Shown here: positions 28,084 to 37,094 of the stretch, in pieces
How the letters are laid out: the number at the start of each line of letters is the position of its first letter
Numbering within the stretch: position 1 is the first letter of the stretch
Source: a virus
Reading direction: 5' to 3' (one strand)
IMG/VR virus record: IMGVR_UViG_3300045391_006247
DNA: 64,000 bases
Position numbers and translations under genes: made by a program
The notes under the pieces: generated by a model
Seen by the model: the letters and a program-made list of their open reading frames with translations, nothing else
The model's database searches: none
What the model was told of the DNA's origin: nothing

Positions 28084-29733
28084 TCATTTCCCTCCCTTTT
28101 TAGACGGCGCAGGACCAAAGCCTCGCTTATTGGGGTTATAGCCGGAATGCTCTCCGTTCGGACCCGATCGCACCCAGTCACCCCTCTCTGCGATTTTGCG
28201 CTCTTCCTCGGTCAACGCCCGCACTTTTACAAGCTTTGTTCCGCCGCGTTTCAGTTTAGCTCTAGCCTCCTCAACCGATCGCGCAATGATACCCGTCCTC
28301 CGATGTTCGAAAAAATAAAGTTTCCAGTCCGGCTCGCTCAGTGTAGTGACGTCTTGGGGCGTGTCCGTGGGAGCGGGTTCCGCAGCGGGAAGGGTGAACG
28401 CATCTCCGTAAACTTCTGAAATATATTCCTGAGTTACGGAAAGTCCGATCGTGTTTATCAACACAACATCAGTTTGAACGCGTTGATTCCGCAGCTCTTC
28501 CTCGGCTTGCAATTGCTCAATCTTGCGTCTTTCTGCAAAAGTCTCACGGCGGATCTTAGGGGGGTTGGCTTTGGGATAATTGCGATCGGCTATCCATTGC
28601 CACAGTTGATCTGCAAGCTGCTCATCCAGGGAATTGCAGTCTGAATCGACTACATTCTCGTTGCGGTTCTCTGCCTGTTGAGTTGCAGCTGCATAAGACC
28701 CTGTACCCTTTTCAGAGTACGAACCTTCACCCCAAATCGCTCTTGTAATCTCAAGCCCTGAGGTTTCATACAACCATTTTAAGATTTCGTGTCCTCCTGA
28801 CTTGGAAGGTTCCAGAAAATTGATAGTGAAGCCTTCGCTCGTGAGTGCGTTGCCGTTGGGGGAGAATGCCCTCAACACTCGATCGAATGCGTTCAATACT
28901 TCCGCTTGGTCGGAGTCTTTCGTGTCCAGAGTATTAGGGTAAGTGCCATGCACAGGGGGAGAACCCAGCCGATCGGCTGTCAGTACTCCGCTCCTAAGGC
29001 ACTCTCGCCTAATCTCGTAGAACTTGCGAATCTGCGCCCCGAGTCCGTAGCCTTGGGGAAGTCCTTTGATAGAGCCAAAGGTGAAGGTGAAGAACCTGTT
29101 TTTAGGGCATCGTTCCCCATTGATGGGCGATCGTTTGGTCAGGAGTCGCAGTTCATAACCATTGACTTTTGCGATTTCGCTGAGATCTAAATCTTCGTCG
29201 CTGCAAACGGGGATTGTTTTGTTTTCGGGTTCAAAGTTCCGAAATACGAAACGTCGTTGCGGAACGAATTCTAATTTAGGAACTACAACGGTTTGATTTT
29301 TGACCGACTCTTGTTCTTCTCCGTCAACGTCTTTCGTAACTACGTAAAAAGCTTGTTTTTCTTCAACTTCAGCCACCGCCATAACTGAAAAGCCGAATAT
29401 CAACCCGGAATACAAAAACGAATTGCAGACCTGCTCGTAGGGGATGAGGTTATGGTCAATGATTCGTCTGGCAGTGTCTGCTGCGTCCTGGTCTATCTTT
29501 CGCCGTGTTGCTGCGTCAATTAGAACCGATCGCCCTAACAACGCCCCAACTCGCTCGCTCAGCTTGCCCCTGACTTGCGGGTCGAGCAACATCTCTTCGT
29601 ATTTGGTAAAGTCGCCACCGAAGCGATCGTACAGGTACGAGTCTTCGGGGACCGGTGCGTCGTTAAAGATGGCTGCGATCGCTTCTGGATCTGTTTGGGC
29701 AAGGCGAAGTCTAGCGTTAGTGTCTAGGGGCAT
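28084..29733 (-). CDS. Portal protein (Mu gp29/DUF935-like) with C-terminal extension
   Basis: YEEMLLDPQVRGKL..R, DRLGSPPVHGTYP, GSYAAA, DCNSLDEQLADQL patterns; follows terminase. Confidence 0.85.
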   Translation of the reverse strand: MPLDTNARLRLAQTDPEAIAAIFNDAPVPEDSYLYDRFGGDFTKYEEMLLDPQVRGKLSERVGALLGRSVLIDAATRRKIDQDAADTARRIIDHNLIPYEQVCNSFLYSGLIFGFSVMAVAEVEEKQAFYVVTKDVDGEEQESVKNQTVVVPKLEFVPQRRFVFRNFEPENKTIPVCSDEDLDLSEIAKVNGYELRLLTKRSPINGERCPKNRFFTFTFGSIKGLPQGYGLGAQIRKFYEIRRECLRSGVLTADRLGSPPVHGTYPNTLDTKDSDQAEVLNAFDRVLRAFSPNGNALTSEGFTINFLEPSKSGGHEILKWLYETSGLEITRAIWGEGSYSEKGTGSYAAATQQAENRNENVVDSDCNSLDEQLADQLWQWIADRNYPKANPPKIRRETFAERRKIEQLQAEEELRNQRVQTDVVLINTIGLSVTQEYISEVYGDAFTLPAAEPAPTDTPQDVTTLSEPDWKLYFFEHRRTGIIARSVEEARAKLKRGGTKLVKVRALTEEERKIAERGDWVRSGPNGEHSGYNPNKRGFGPAPSKKGGK

Positions 29734-29772
29734 ATTTCATGTCAGCGATATCCTCAATAATATACGCTGCAA

Positions 29773-29826
29773 CAACAAACCCCTCGATTAATGCAAGTTT
29801 TTCGGGCTTGCGCGAGGGGTTTGTTG
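29773..29826. terminator. Stem-loop between terminase and portal
   Basis: CAACAAACCCCTCG...CGAGGGGTTTGTTG inverted repeat. Confidence 0.45.
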
Positions 29827-29893
29827 GGTGAGTAAAGTCAAGATTCGCTCTCTTAAGCATATTATAAACGCGATCGCGTAATTACGACAACAA

Positions 29894-31465
29894 CTACCAA
29901 GAGAGTCGGCTAGTCGGGTTGTTGACTGTTCCGGCAACGCTATATTTCTTCGGCTTCAGGGTGAGCGCAAATTCTAACCATGCAAACCCTGCTGCCCAAC
30001 AAGTAATAGTGTCGTCGTTCAGGTCGTCACTCTCGACGATCGCAGCTCGATTCAAGGCTGAGAAGTTTCGAGCCTCCTTGATACCAATCCAGTCGGATGG
30101 AAACACAACGTCTCCAGCCTCAACGTTTTGGGTAATGCGATCGGTGTTAACAATTTTGGACATTTGGGAGGTTCTTGTAATCTCAACGTGAAGTTGGGGC
30201 ATCTCCGCCGATATTTGCTCAGCAATGACCACCCCGCCGTTGTCTGCTTCTACTGCCAAGAAAACAGCGTTAAATCTTTTAATTAATTCCATTGACTTCG
30301 TTCTGCAATACAAAGGTTTTTTGTAGTTCTCTCTGTATTGAGCAACAAGCCTAAACGGAGCCTTTGTGATATCCCAAATCTGGCAGACCCAAAAGTTTTG
30401 CCCGCCGTAATTCGGGTCAATGCAGGAAAGGTAAGAATGTCCGGCTTCAGGGGTGGACATCCATTGCCCTGTTGCGCATTTGATAACCAGTTCTGGATCA
30501 AACAGGCTAGCGCCTTGCTTCGGCAACCCAAGATTGTGCTCTCTTTGGGCTTGAGCATCCGTCAGCTTCTTCTTTGTGCGCTGCTCCTCAACGTATTGAG
30601 GGTTTGAGCCATAAATGGGATGGGCTTTGTGGGAAATAATAACCTTGACCCATCCGCCCTTATCCTCCCAAGCGCAGAATCCAGGGATTGCAGGCAATGG
30701 GACTTTGGTTTGATTGAAAAATCCACCAGAACGAGCGACCGCCAGTAGTTCTTCTAAGTCGATCGCATCAGGATTATCTGCCAGCCCCCTCTCAAAAAAC
30801 CAACTATCAAGCCCTTCTTTTGGGATGGTGGAGACAATAAACGTCCGAGCGTCGGCTCCAACCATTTCTTGGGATGGGGTAGAAGCTGCATACATCTCGT
30901 CAATGATGGGGACAAAACCCGCCTCATCAAACATTAAATCCCAAACAGACTCTAGTCCGCGAGTTGCGTTTGTGGTGGATGGGCGAAAGTTCATCTCACC
31001 CCCGTCTTTGGGCTTACGAACACTGATCGAGTCAACTTCCCATTCAAAATCAGGAATTTGGGAGGGCATTCGCTCTATTCGTTTGGAAACCTTATGAGCA
31101 TCCTTTTCGGTAATGCTGAACACTGCGCCAGCATAGGCAGGGTTGAGCTTTGCTCTAAACAGCATCCAACAGATCAACAATTCAGTTAAACCCAACTGCC
31201 GATCTTTAACGAGCCACAGTCCTGGATAAACAGCAATTAGACGAGCGATCGCTTCTTGGTAGTCAAATAGTGGGTCAAAGCGGATTAAGCGCGTTCCTGA
31301 GCGAATAACACACTGGTTAGCAAAAGCCTTGAACTCTTCGATCGTGGGGATTGGGTTGACTGTTGGGGTGTTTTTTGGTAATCCAGCCGTTTGCGCGATC
31401 GCGTTTAACGACTGCCTCTTGAGTTCTCGATCGACAAAGCTAATTGCCTGATTTCTCTTCGCCAT
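29894..31465 (-). CDS. Terminase large subunit
   Basis: KDRQLGLT Walker A-like, LMFDEAG Walker B, CIDPN and terminal DD nuclease residues. Confidence 0.9.
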   Translation of the reverse strand: MAKRNQAISFVDRELKRQSLNAIAQTAGLPKNTPTVNPIPTIEEFKAFANQCVIRSGTRLIRFDPLFDYQEAIARLIAVYPGLWLVKDRQLGLTELLICWMLFRAKLNPAYAGAVFSITEKDAHKVSKRIERMPSQIPDFEWEVDSISVRKPKDGGEMNFRPSTTNATRGLESVWDLMFDEAGFVPIIDEMYAASTPSQEMVGADARTFIVSTIPKEGLDSWFFERGLADNPDAIDLEELLAVARSGGFFNQTKVPLPAIPGFCAWEDKGGWVKVIISHKAHPIYGSNPQYVEEQRTKKKLTDAQAQREHNLGLPKQGASLFDPELVIKCATGQWMSTPEAGHSYLSCIDPNYGGQNFWVCQIWDITKAPFRLVAQYRENYKKPLYCRTKSMELIKRFNAVFLAVEADNGGVVIAEQISAEMPQLHVEITRTSQMSKIVNTDRITQNVEAGDVVFPSDWIGIKEARNFSALNRAAIVESDDLNDDTITCWAAGFAWLEFALTLKPKKYSVAGTVNNPTSRLSW

Positions 31466-31934
31466 TCAGCTGTTCCATTACGGCTTCTAGTCCAATCAAT
31501 TCAGCCATACCCTGCAATGCATTCTCGGTGAGGTCATCTGCCGCTTTAATCAGCTGGGAAATGTTATTAGGGGCGATCGCTTCTTCAGGGAGATCTCGCA
31601 ATCTATTTTGAACCTTGTTAAGAATCTCGTTGCCCAAGTTCAACTTAATGGCGTAAGACTCCATCCGCAGTTCACGGTATTTTTTTAAGTCCTCGTAAAA
31701 GGAGCCAATCTCGCCCAGCCGAATCTCACTTGCTTTTTGACGGTGAGCCTCGATCGCCTGCTGCTTCCGCCGATCGACCTCAGCCAAGAATGACTCATTC
31801 TGCATCCATCGGCTAACTGTCCTCCTTGAGACACCGATCGCCTCTGCTGTGTCAGGAACGGACAAACCCGTGGACAAAAAACCAGTTGCCCTTAGCTGTA
31901 TTTCACTTAAATCAAAGGTTCTAGATGCTGGCAC
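31440..31934 (-). CDS. Terminase small subunit
   Basis: N-terminal HTH (TAEAIGVSRRTVSRW) directly upstream of and overlapping the large subunit. Confidence 0.75.
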   Translation of the reverse strand: MPASRTFDLSEIQLRATGFLSTGLSVPDTAEAIGVSRRTVSRWMQNESFLAEVDRRKQQAIEAHRQKASEIRLGEIGSFYEDLKKYRELRMESYAIKLNLGNEILNKVQNRLRDLPEEAIAPNNISQLIKAADDLTENALQGMAELIGLEAVMEQLNGEEKSGN

Positions 31935-32062
31935 GTCGGGACAGGGTGGATATTCTTGGGGACACGACTGTATCTAGTTTAATCGCCCTCGCCCCATTCC
32001 GTTGAAACGCGATCGCACCTTCTTTCGCATTTGCGGAACCAGTAAAGAAAACCAGGCTTCAG

Positions 32063-32420
32063 GGGTTGGAACAGGTTGCCACACCTTGATTTGCAAGGGT
32101 TTCAGCGATCGCATACTCTTGTCCGTGGCAACCTGTTCCAACCCATCAGGGGAGGTTGCCACGGCTGAAAAGCTTATAAATCAACAACTCCACCTTACTG
32201 TATATAACTGTTCCAACCTCAAAGGGAAGACTTAGTAAATATAAGACTACAGTGGTCACACTCATCCCGTTAAATCTCCCCTAAAACTGCTCAGGAAATT
32301 TCCCTCTAGGGAAAACCGAGGGAACGGTTGACACGGTTGGAACACCCTATATCCCGCAAGGCTTTCAGCCGTTCCAACCTACTCGAAGGGGTTGGAACAC
32401 ACCTCAAAACAGGTTGACAC
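32063..32420 (+). repeat. Dispersed ori-like repeat, copy C (non-coding)
   Basis: 32132-32170 is a 39-bp exact reverse complement of 58971-59009. Confidence 0.9.
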
Positions 32421-32486
32421 ACCCCAGAATCACCCCCAAAAGGCGCGATCTCCCTTCCAAGTTTCGCAATTACGGAATGAAGTAAG

Positions 32487-33371
32487 GTGCGATCGCTAAA
32501 ATGGGGACATCTTCGCTTCATTCCCCTAATGCCAAAACTCATCGCAAAGCAATCGACTTGGCTTAAATCGAAAATTCTTGGAGCCACAGATCTCGCAGTA
32601 AGTGAAAAAGTGTTTGTCCCTGCCGGGAAGGAGTACTTCGTCAATTCATGGAGTCCCGATCGCAACCAACACGATCGTTTCGTCTTAGCATCTTCTGTGC
32701 CCGCAGCAGACGGCAAAACAAAGCTCACCACCGTTTATGGGTATGCGCCTCATTTCAAGGTTGAAGGGGAAGATACGCCCCAATTAATTAAGCTGCCTGT
32801 CAAGTACATGTCCCAGTTAGACAATGACACATCAATCTTTGGAGCAGGATGGCGGCAGTGTTGCACTACCAGTCATTGCATGATGGCTGATTACCTACTG
32901 GCAGGGGAAATCTCCGTCCGATCGAAACTAAGGGGTTTCACTGAGCCAGAATCGCTGTATATGCGATCGGTTGGCAAGTATGGGGATACAACCGATGTGC
33001 ATGCCCAGGTGAGGGCGTTAAGTGACTTTGGAATTGAATGTTATTTCAGTCAAACATTGTCGGCAAAAGATTTGTTGAGGGCGTTAGAGCTGGGAATTGC
33101 TGTGCCGATTGGGGTAAGGTACAAGTCAGGAGGTCACTGGGTTGTTGTTGTGGGGCATGATCCAGTTAAAAGATGCTGGTACATTCACGACCCATATGGG
33201 GCACGACATGCAGCTTCTGACAGCTATGACATTGGCGTTGGTGGAGCTTTCGACATTTATAGTTACGACGTAATGCAAAGCGTGTTTTTTGATATGGGCA
33301 GTGAAGCAGGATGGGGAACGATCGCAACTTCGGTCAAGGGAGAACCAACAGGGGTGATGGCAGGGATGTAA
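32487..33371 (+). CDS. C39-like cysteine peptidase, probable endolysin
   Basis: QCCTTS (Cys), GHWVVVVG (His), HDPYG (Asp); N-terminal SH3-like cell-wall-binding-type segment. Confidence 0.75.
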   Translation: MRSLKWGHLRFIPLMPKLIAKQSTWLKSKILGATDLAVSEKVFVPAGKEYFVNSWSPDRNQHDRFVLASSVPAADGKTKLTTVYGYAPHFKVEGEDTPQLIKLPVKYMSQLDNDTSIFGAGWRQCCTTSHCMMADYLLAGEISVRSKLRGFTEPESLYMRSVGKYGDTTDVHAQVRALSDFGIECYFSQTLSAKDLLRALELGIAVPIGVRYKSGGHWVVVVGHDPVKRCWYIHDPYGARHAASDSYDIGVGGAFDIYSYDVMQSVFFDMGSEAGWGTIATSVKGEPTGVMAGM

Positions 33372-33414
33372 AACAAAAGCCCCGATCGCAACTAAACGAT
33401 CGGGGCTTTTGTTT
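33371..33414. terminator. Bidirectional intrinsic terminator
   Basis: AAACAAAAGCCCCGATCG-loop-CGATCGGGGCTTTTGTTT between convergent genes. Confidence 0.8.
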
Positions 33415-33429
33415 GGGTGAAATATTCGG

Positions 33430-34125
33430 TTAGCAGTCTTGAAGCTCTGTGTACCGATTGTAGACGCGTTCTTCTAATGGAACGTACTTAGTTAACTGCT
33501 CAAACATTTCATTGTTTATCTTGACAAACCGAACTCTTTTTGGAAGAGAAACGCATAATTCGGATGCGATCGCAACTCCTTCTTGCGACTGAAGGTGACT
33601 CATATACCGCTCTAGCTGTACCAATGCAGCCCTGTCAAACTTTACCCTCTTAACTTCTACCGGAATAATTTTGCCGTTTTCTTTCAAAATGAAATCCGGG
33701 CGATGTCCGCAACTGTCTGTGACTTGAGGCGTCAAACTTCCTTCTAGTCCCAACACGTCTTGATATCTTTGGATGTGAGGATACAGCTGATTTTCGTTGT
33801 AAAACTCCCTCTGAAATTGAAGTTGAATCAGCGTCCGAACACCGTGAAAAATCATTGAAGCTTCCTGCCCTCTATACAGGGACATTGCCTGATCGTATAG
33901 GTAGTGAGAATCTCTAAATCCTCCCGGATAGGTTCCCATCGCGATTCTCGCTGCCGCCTCTAGAATCGCCAAGCTTGCATCTTTGCGACTCAAGCAATCC
34001 GAGCTAGACTCCCAGTGAAAGCCTGTTAAATGCATCAAATCACGAGCACTCCAAAACTCATTACCGCGATCGTCAATTTTCCGGATAGCGTTAAAAGGGG
34101 AGTGAGACTGAGTTAAATTAGACAT
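33430..34125 (-). CDS. Bro/DinD-like N-terminal domain plus PD-(D/E)XK nuclease (NucS-like)
   Basis: SPFNAIRKIDDRGNEFWSARDLM N-terminus; RPDFIL...IPVEVKR...QLERYM; start placed at ATG 34125. Confidence 0.75.
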   Translation of the reverse strand: MSNLTQSHSPFNAIRKIDDRGNEFWSARDLMHLTGFHWESSSDCLSRKDASLAILEAAARIAMGTYPGGFRDSHYLYDQAMSLYRGQEASMIFHGVRTLIQLQFQREFYNENQLYPHIQRYQDVLGLEGSLTPQVTDSCGHRPDFILKENGKIIPVEVKRVKFDRAALVQLERYMSHLQSQEGVAIASELCVSLPKRVRFVKINNEMFEQLTKYVPLEERVYNRYTELQDC

Positions 34126-34333
34126 CTGAAGCTCCTTCAATTTCATAAAGCTCATCTAAGCTGCTGAGTTCAAAAAACTCCAGCAGCTTTTTTGCTGTGT
34201 TGCAATCAATACGGCTAACAGTGGGATGCCGATACAACATCCCAACAATGCTTGGGTTTAAGCCAGTGGCTTTAACAACCTGCGTCTGGTTCAAACCCCG
34301 ATCGTTCATCAATTTTCTCAATTTGCAAATCAT
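34118..34333 (-). CDS. XRE/Cro-C1-type HTH regulator; paralog of 4376..4600
   Basis: KLRKLM...TGLNPSIVGMLY...RID pattern. Confidence 0.85.
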   Translation of the reverse strand: MICKLRKLMNDRGLNQTQVVKATGLNPSIVGMLYRHPTVSRIDCNTAKKLLEFFELSSLDELYEIEGASDV

Positions 34334-34444
34334 CTCTTTTCCTCCGAAACCTTTCTCTATTTTAACCCGTTATCGCGATAATGCGCGATGCAAACAAAAA
34401 AGATTCCGTTAAATCGCGATCGCCCCTCACCACTATTGCCAATT

Positions 34445-34486
34445 GCGTAATTGCGCAATATCATTAAACCTATAGCGCAATTACAC
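34445..34486. promoter_or_regulatory. Paired operator
   Basis: GCGTAATTGCGC at 34445 and GCGCAATTACAC at 34475 between divergent genes. Confidence 0.7.
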
Positions 34487-34503
34487 AAAAGCGAGGGCAA
34501 AGG

Positions 34504-34665
34504 ATGTTAACGATTCAGAACGGCGACTACACAATCAATGTCGCGTTGATTTCAGAAATTGACTGGACGATCGAGGGTGAGGCGACGGTCACAATGGTGA
34601 CGGGCATCCAGTACACCCTAGAAGGCGAGGATTTGGCAGCTTTAAAGACGAAGATCACTGAGTAA
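34504..34665 (+). CDS. Small hypothetical protein (not in ORF track)
   Basis: 53-aa ORF MLTIQNGDYTINVALISEIDW... after AAGG. Confidence 0.6.
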   Translation: MLTIQNGDYTINVALISEIDWTIEGEATVTMVTGIQYTLEGEDLAALKTKITE

Positions 34666-34714
34666 GTAAAGCGCGATCGCATATTCTAAGAGGGCACCCT
34701 ACCCCGATCGCGCC

Positions 34715-34921
34715 ATGCCTAAAACACTCCTGATCGCCATCCTTGCCCTAGCAGCAGCCGGAATCGCGATCGTCTTACTCACACAGCATCAAAACATCAC
34801 AAAACCCCCTGAAGCCCAAAAAATGGACGAGGGGACGCGCAAAATCTACGTCGAGCTTTGCAATCTTGACAAAATTAAAAAGATTCCCGACTCAGACAAC
34901 TGTAAAAAAGCAAATCCTTAA
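34715..34921 (+). CDS. Small N-terminally anchored two-Cys protein; paralog of 3717..3926
   Basis: MPKTLLIAILALAAAGIA...EGTRKI...C...C. Confidence 0.8.
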   Translation: MPKTLLIAILALAAAGIAIVLLTQHQNITKPPEAQKMDEGTRKIYVELCNLDKIKKIPDSDNCKKANP

Positions 34922-34941
34922 CACAAAAGGAAAAAATAAAA

Positions 34942-35187
34942 ATGCTTAAAGATACAACGTGCTGCGGATGCGGCATTTATACGGCAAAACTGACCGAGGG
35001 TGGGCGAGGTCGTGTATTCTGCGAAGATCGCTGTAGAGTTTTAGCCGTTGGCAAAGGTAACTACAATCCGTCCAGAGAAGAAGCTAAGAATTTAGGATTG
35101 CAAAAAGATGCTGCTGGGCAGTGGCGACTATTTAGCGGCGGGCAATGGTTAACTTATCACTGGGCTAAGGGTTATTGGGATGCTTAG
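34942..35187 (+). CDS. Small Cys-rich hypothetical protein
   Basis: CCGCG...FCEDRCR zinc-finger-like spacing. Confidence 0.6.
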   Translation: MLKDTTCCGCGIYTAKLTEGGRGRVFCEDRCRVLAVGKGNYNPSREEAKNLGLQKDAAGQWRLFSGGQWLTYHWAKGYWDA

Positions 35188-35219
35188 AAATGTGTAAGCA
35201 CTCCGACAAGACTTAATTA

Positions 35220-35417
35220 CTACATCTCCTCCCAAATCCCCTGCTCGATTGCCTGACGAACGATCGCTTCTCTCAACCACTCCGATCGGTTCGGCATTGC
35301 CCTAACAACTTCATCCAAACTCTCAGGGAGTCTCACGGTCAGCGATTGCGCTGCTAGAGGCTCTTTTCCTTTTGGGGCAAACTTGCCAGTATTATCACGG
35401 GAAACATCTTCTTCCAT
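35220..35417 (-). CDS. Ribbon-helix-helix (CopG-like) regulator
   Basis: LTVRLPESLDEVVRAMPNRSEWLREAI. Confidence 0.75.
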   Translation of the reverse strand: MEEDVSRDNTGKFAPKGKEPLAAQSLTVRLPESLDEVVRAMPNRSEWLREAIVRQAIEQGIWEEM

Positions 35418-35471
35418 ATCTCACAAATTCAGTAATTCTCTTCATCCTAGCCGCGAACACGCGGAGTTATC

Positions 35472-35774
35472 TTGAAAAAGTCAAAGGGCAGTGCATCCCG
35501 CGAAGAACAGCACCGCCCCACTCACCTGAAAGGTACTCAGATGTCTCAAGATATTACACCGACCGCTACATATTTCACAGTGATCCGCGCCACATCGATC
35601 GCTGCCATTCGCGAAATCTCAGGAGTAGACCTGATGATGTTCCCAATTAAAACCCCAGTATTCGACCTAAAAGAAACCGCGATCGAGTTTTGCAATCGCC
35701 TTAACGACCACCAGCAGCAAACAGGGCAAATTGTTTCACTGCTCGTTTCTGCGCCTCAACTAGCCACAGCTTAA
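35472..35774 (+). CDS. Hypothetical protein
   Basis: 100-aa ORF; true start may be the internal ATG (MSQDITP). Confidence 0.55.
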   Translation: MKKSKGSASREEQHRPTHLKGTQMSQDITPTATYFTVIRATSIAAIREISGVDLMMFPIKTPVFDLKETAIEFCNRLNDHQQQTGQIVSLLVSAPQLATA

Positions 35775-35850
35775 TTAAAAAGCGATCGCTCATCCCCGCT
35801 AAGAGAGTGCGATCGCCCATCCTCAACCTGCAACAATCAAGGACACTTCT

Positions 35851-36402
35851 ATGCTATCAACGATTACCCCAGACATTGACGATCTGCTGCTACAGATCGA
35901 AGTTCTGCTTGCTGAGAACGCCCGCCTAAAACGGGATGCTTACACCGATGGACTAACCGGAATTGCTAACCGCAGAGCATTCGACACCACACTAGAACAA
36001 GAATGGAGCCGATGCAGTCGCACCCAAAGCCCGATCGCACTCCTACTCATTGATATCGATTTTTTCAAAAAGTACAACGACACCCACGGGCATGACGGAG
36101 GCGATGAGCTGCTAAGAGGTTTAGCCACAGCATGGAAAGCGATCGCCCTGCGTACATACGACTTAGTTGCTCGCTATGGGGGAGAAGAGTTTGCCGTTAT
36201 CCTCCCCAACACTGATGCGATCGGCGCGTCACGAGTGGCTGAAGAGTTTGCTAAGGCTGCTCACACCCTGAAAGTTACTGTCTCGATCGGGGTCAAAGCG
36301 ATCGTCCCTTGCGACCACTGCCCTAAATCCCTGATTCGATCGGCTGACGCGGCGTTGTATCGCTCAAAGTCAGAAGGACGCGATCGGGTCACTGTAGGGT
36401 AA
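35851..36402 (+). CDS. Diguanylate cyclase (stand-alone GGDEF domain)
   Basis: TDGLTGIANRRAF, DIDFFKKYNDTHGHDGGD, RTYD I-site, RYGGEEF active site, ADAALYRSK..GR. Confidence 0.95.
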   Translation: MLSTITPDIDDLLLQIEVLLAENARLKRDAYTDGLTGIANRRAFDTTLEQEWSRCSRTQSPIALLLIDIDFFKKYNDTHGHDGGDELLRGLATAWKAIALRTYDLVARYGGEEFAVILPNTDAIGASRVAEEFAKAAHTLKVTVSIGVKAIVPCDHCPKSLIRSADAALYRSKSEGRDRVTVG

Positions 36403-36418
36403 GGTGCGATCGGATGGT

Positions 36419-36721
36419 TTACCGCTCCGTTTGGGGCGGTTTTTTGTTGCGGATGCGTTTTAAGCTGCTAGCCTCAAATATTTCCAAAAGTTCAGGATAT
36501 TTCTCTCTACATTCTCGCCACTGTTCTAGCAATGTGAACGCTGAGTCCAACAATAAGACTTGACGTTTAACCGCTTCTGTTTCTTCTCCCCCATGCATTA
36601 GCCAATGAGAGACGGTCGATCGCGTTACCCCTAAGAGTTGAGCTAATTGCTCCTGGGTTAAGCACCACTTTTCCTTAAATGTCTTGGCACTTCCCACGAT
36701 CGCATCTCTCCCTAGCAACAT
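36419..36721 (-). CDS. XRE-family HTH regulator
   Basis: LTQEQLAQLLGVTRSTVSHW. Confidence 0.8.
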   Translation of the reverse strand: MLLGRDAIVGSAKTFKEKWCLTQEQLAQLLGVTRSTVSHWLMHGGEETEAVKRQVLLLDSAFTLLEQWRECREKYPELLEIFEASSLKRIRNKKPPQTER

Positions 36722-36826
36722 TTTTAATTCTCCGATTCAGAGCAGAAAAATACAAATAAAAATAAGCGCTTTTTTAGAGTAATTTTGAAAAATAGTTTTC
36801 AGACAGTCTCATGATAATAAATGTAG

Positions 36827-37016
36827 TCTTAACTTGAGAATTAAGCTTTTACGGCGTTTATGGCTGCAATTTGTTTTGTCTTGAAACCGTCCAAACCCTA
36901 TTAATCTCATTTGAGACTCACCTTAAGACAAGATGAACGCTATTTTAATCTCATTTTGAGATAGCTGCAACCCTTGATTTACAAAGCTTTTAACCAACTT
37001 TGTCTCAAAGTGAGAC
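36827..37016. promoter_or_regulatory. Cluster of TCTYA-N2/3-TGAGA palindromes
   Basis: Sites at 36827, 36905, 36949 and 37003 between divergent genes. Confidence 0.5.
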
Positions 37017-37094
37017 TTGACAAGACGGGTTTTGAACAAATGTCTTGACAGTTGCTCTTATTTAGCGCAATACTACTTGTATTGAAAGCAAGAA

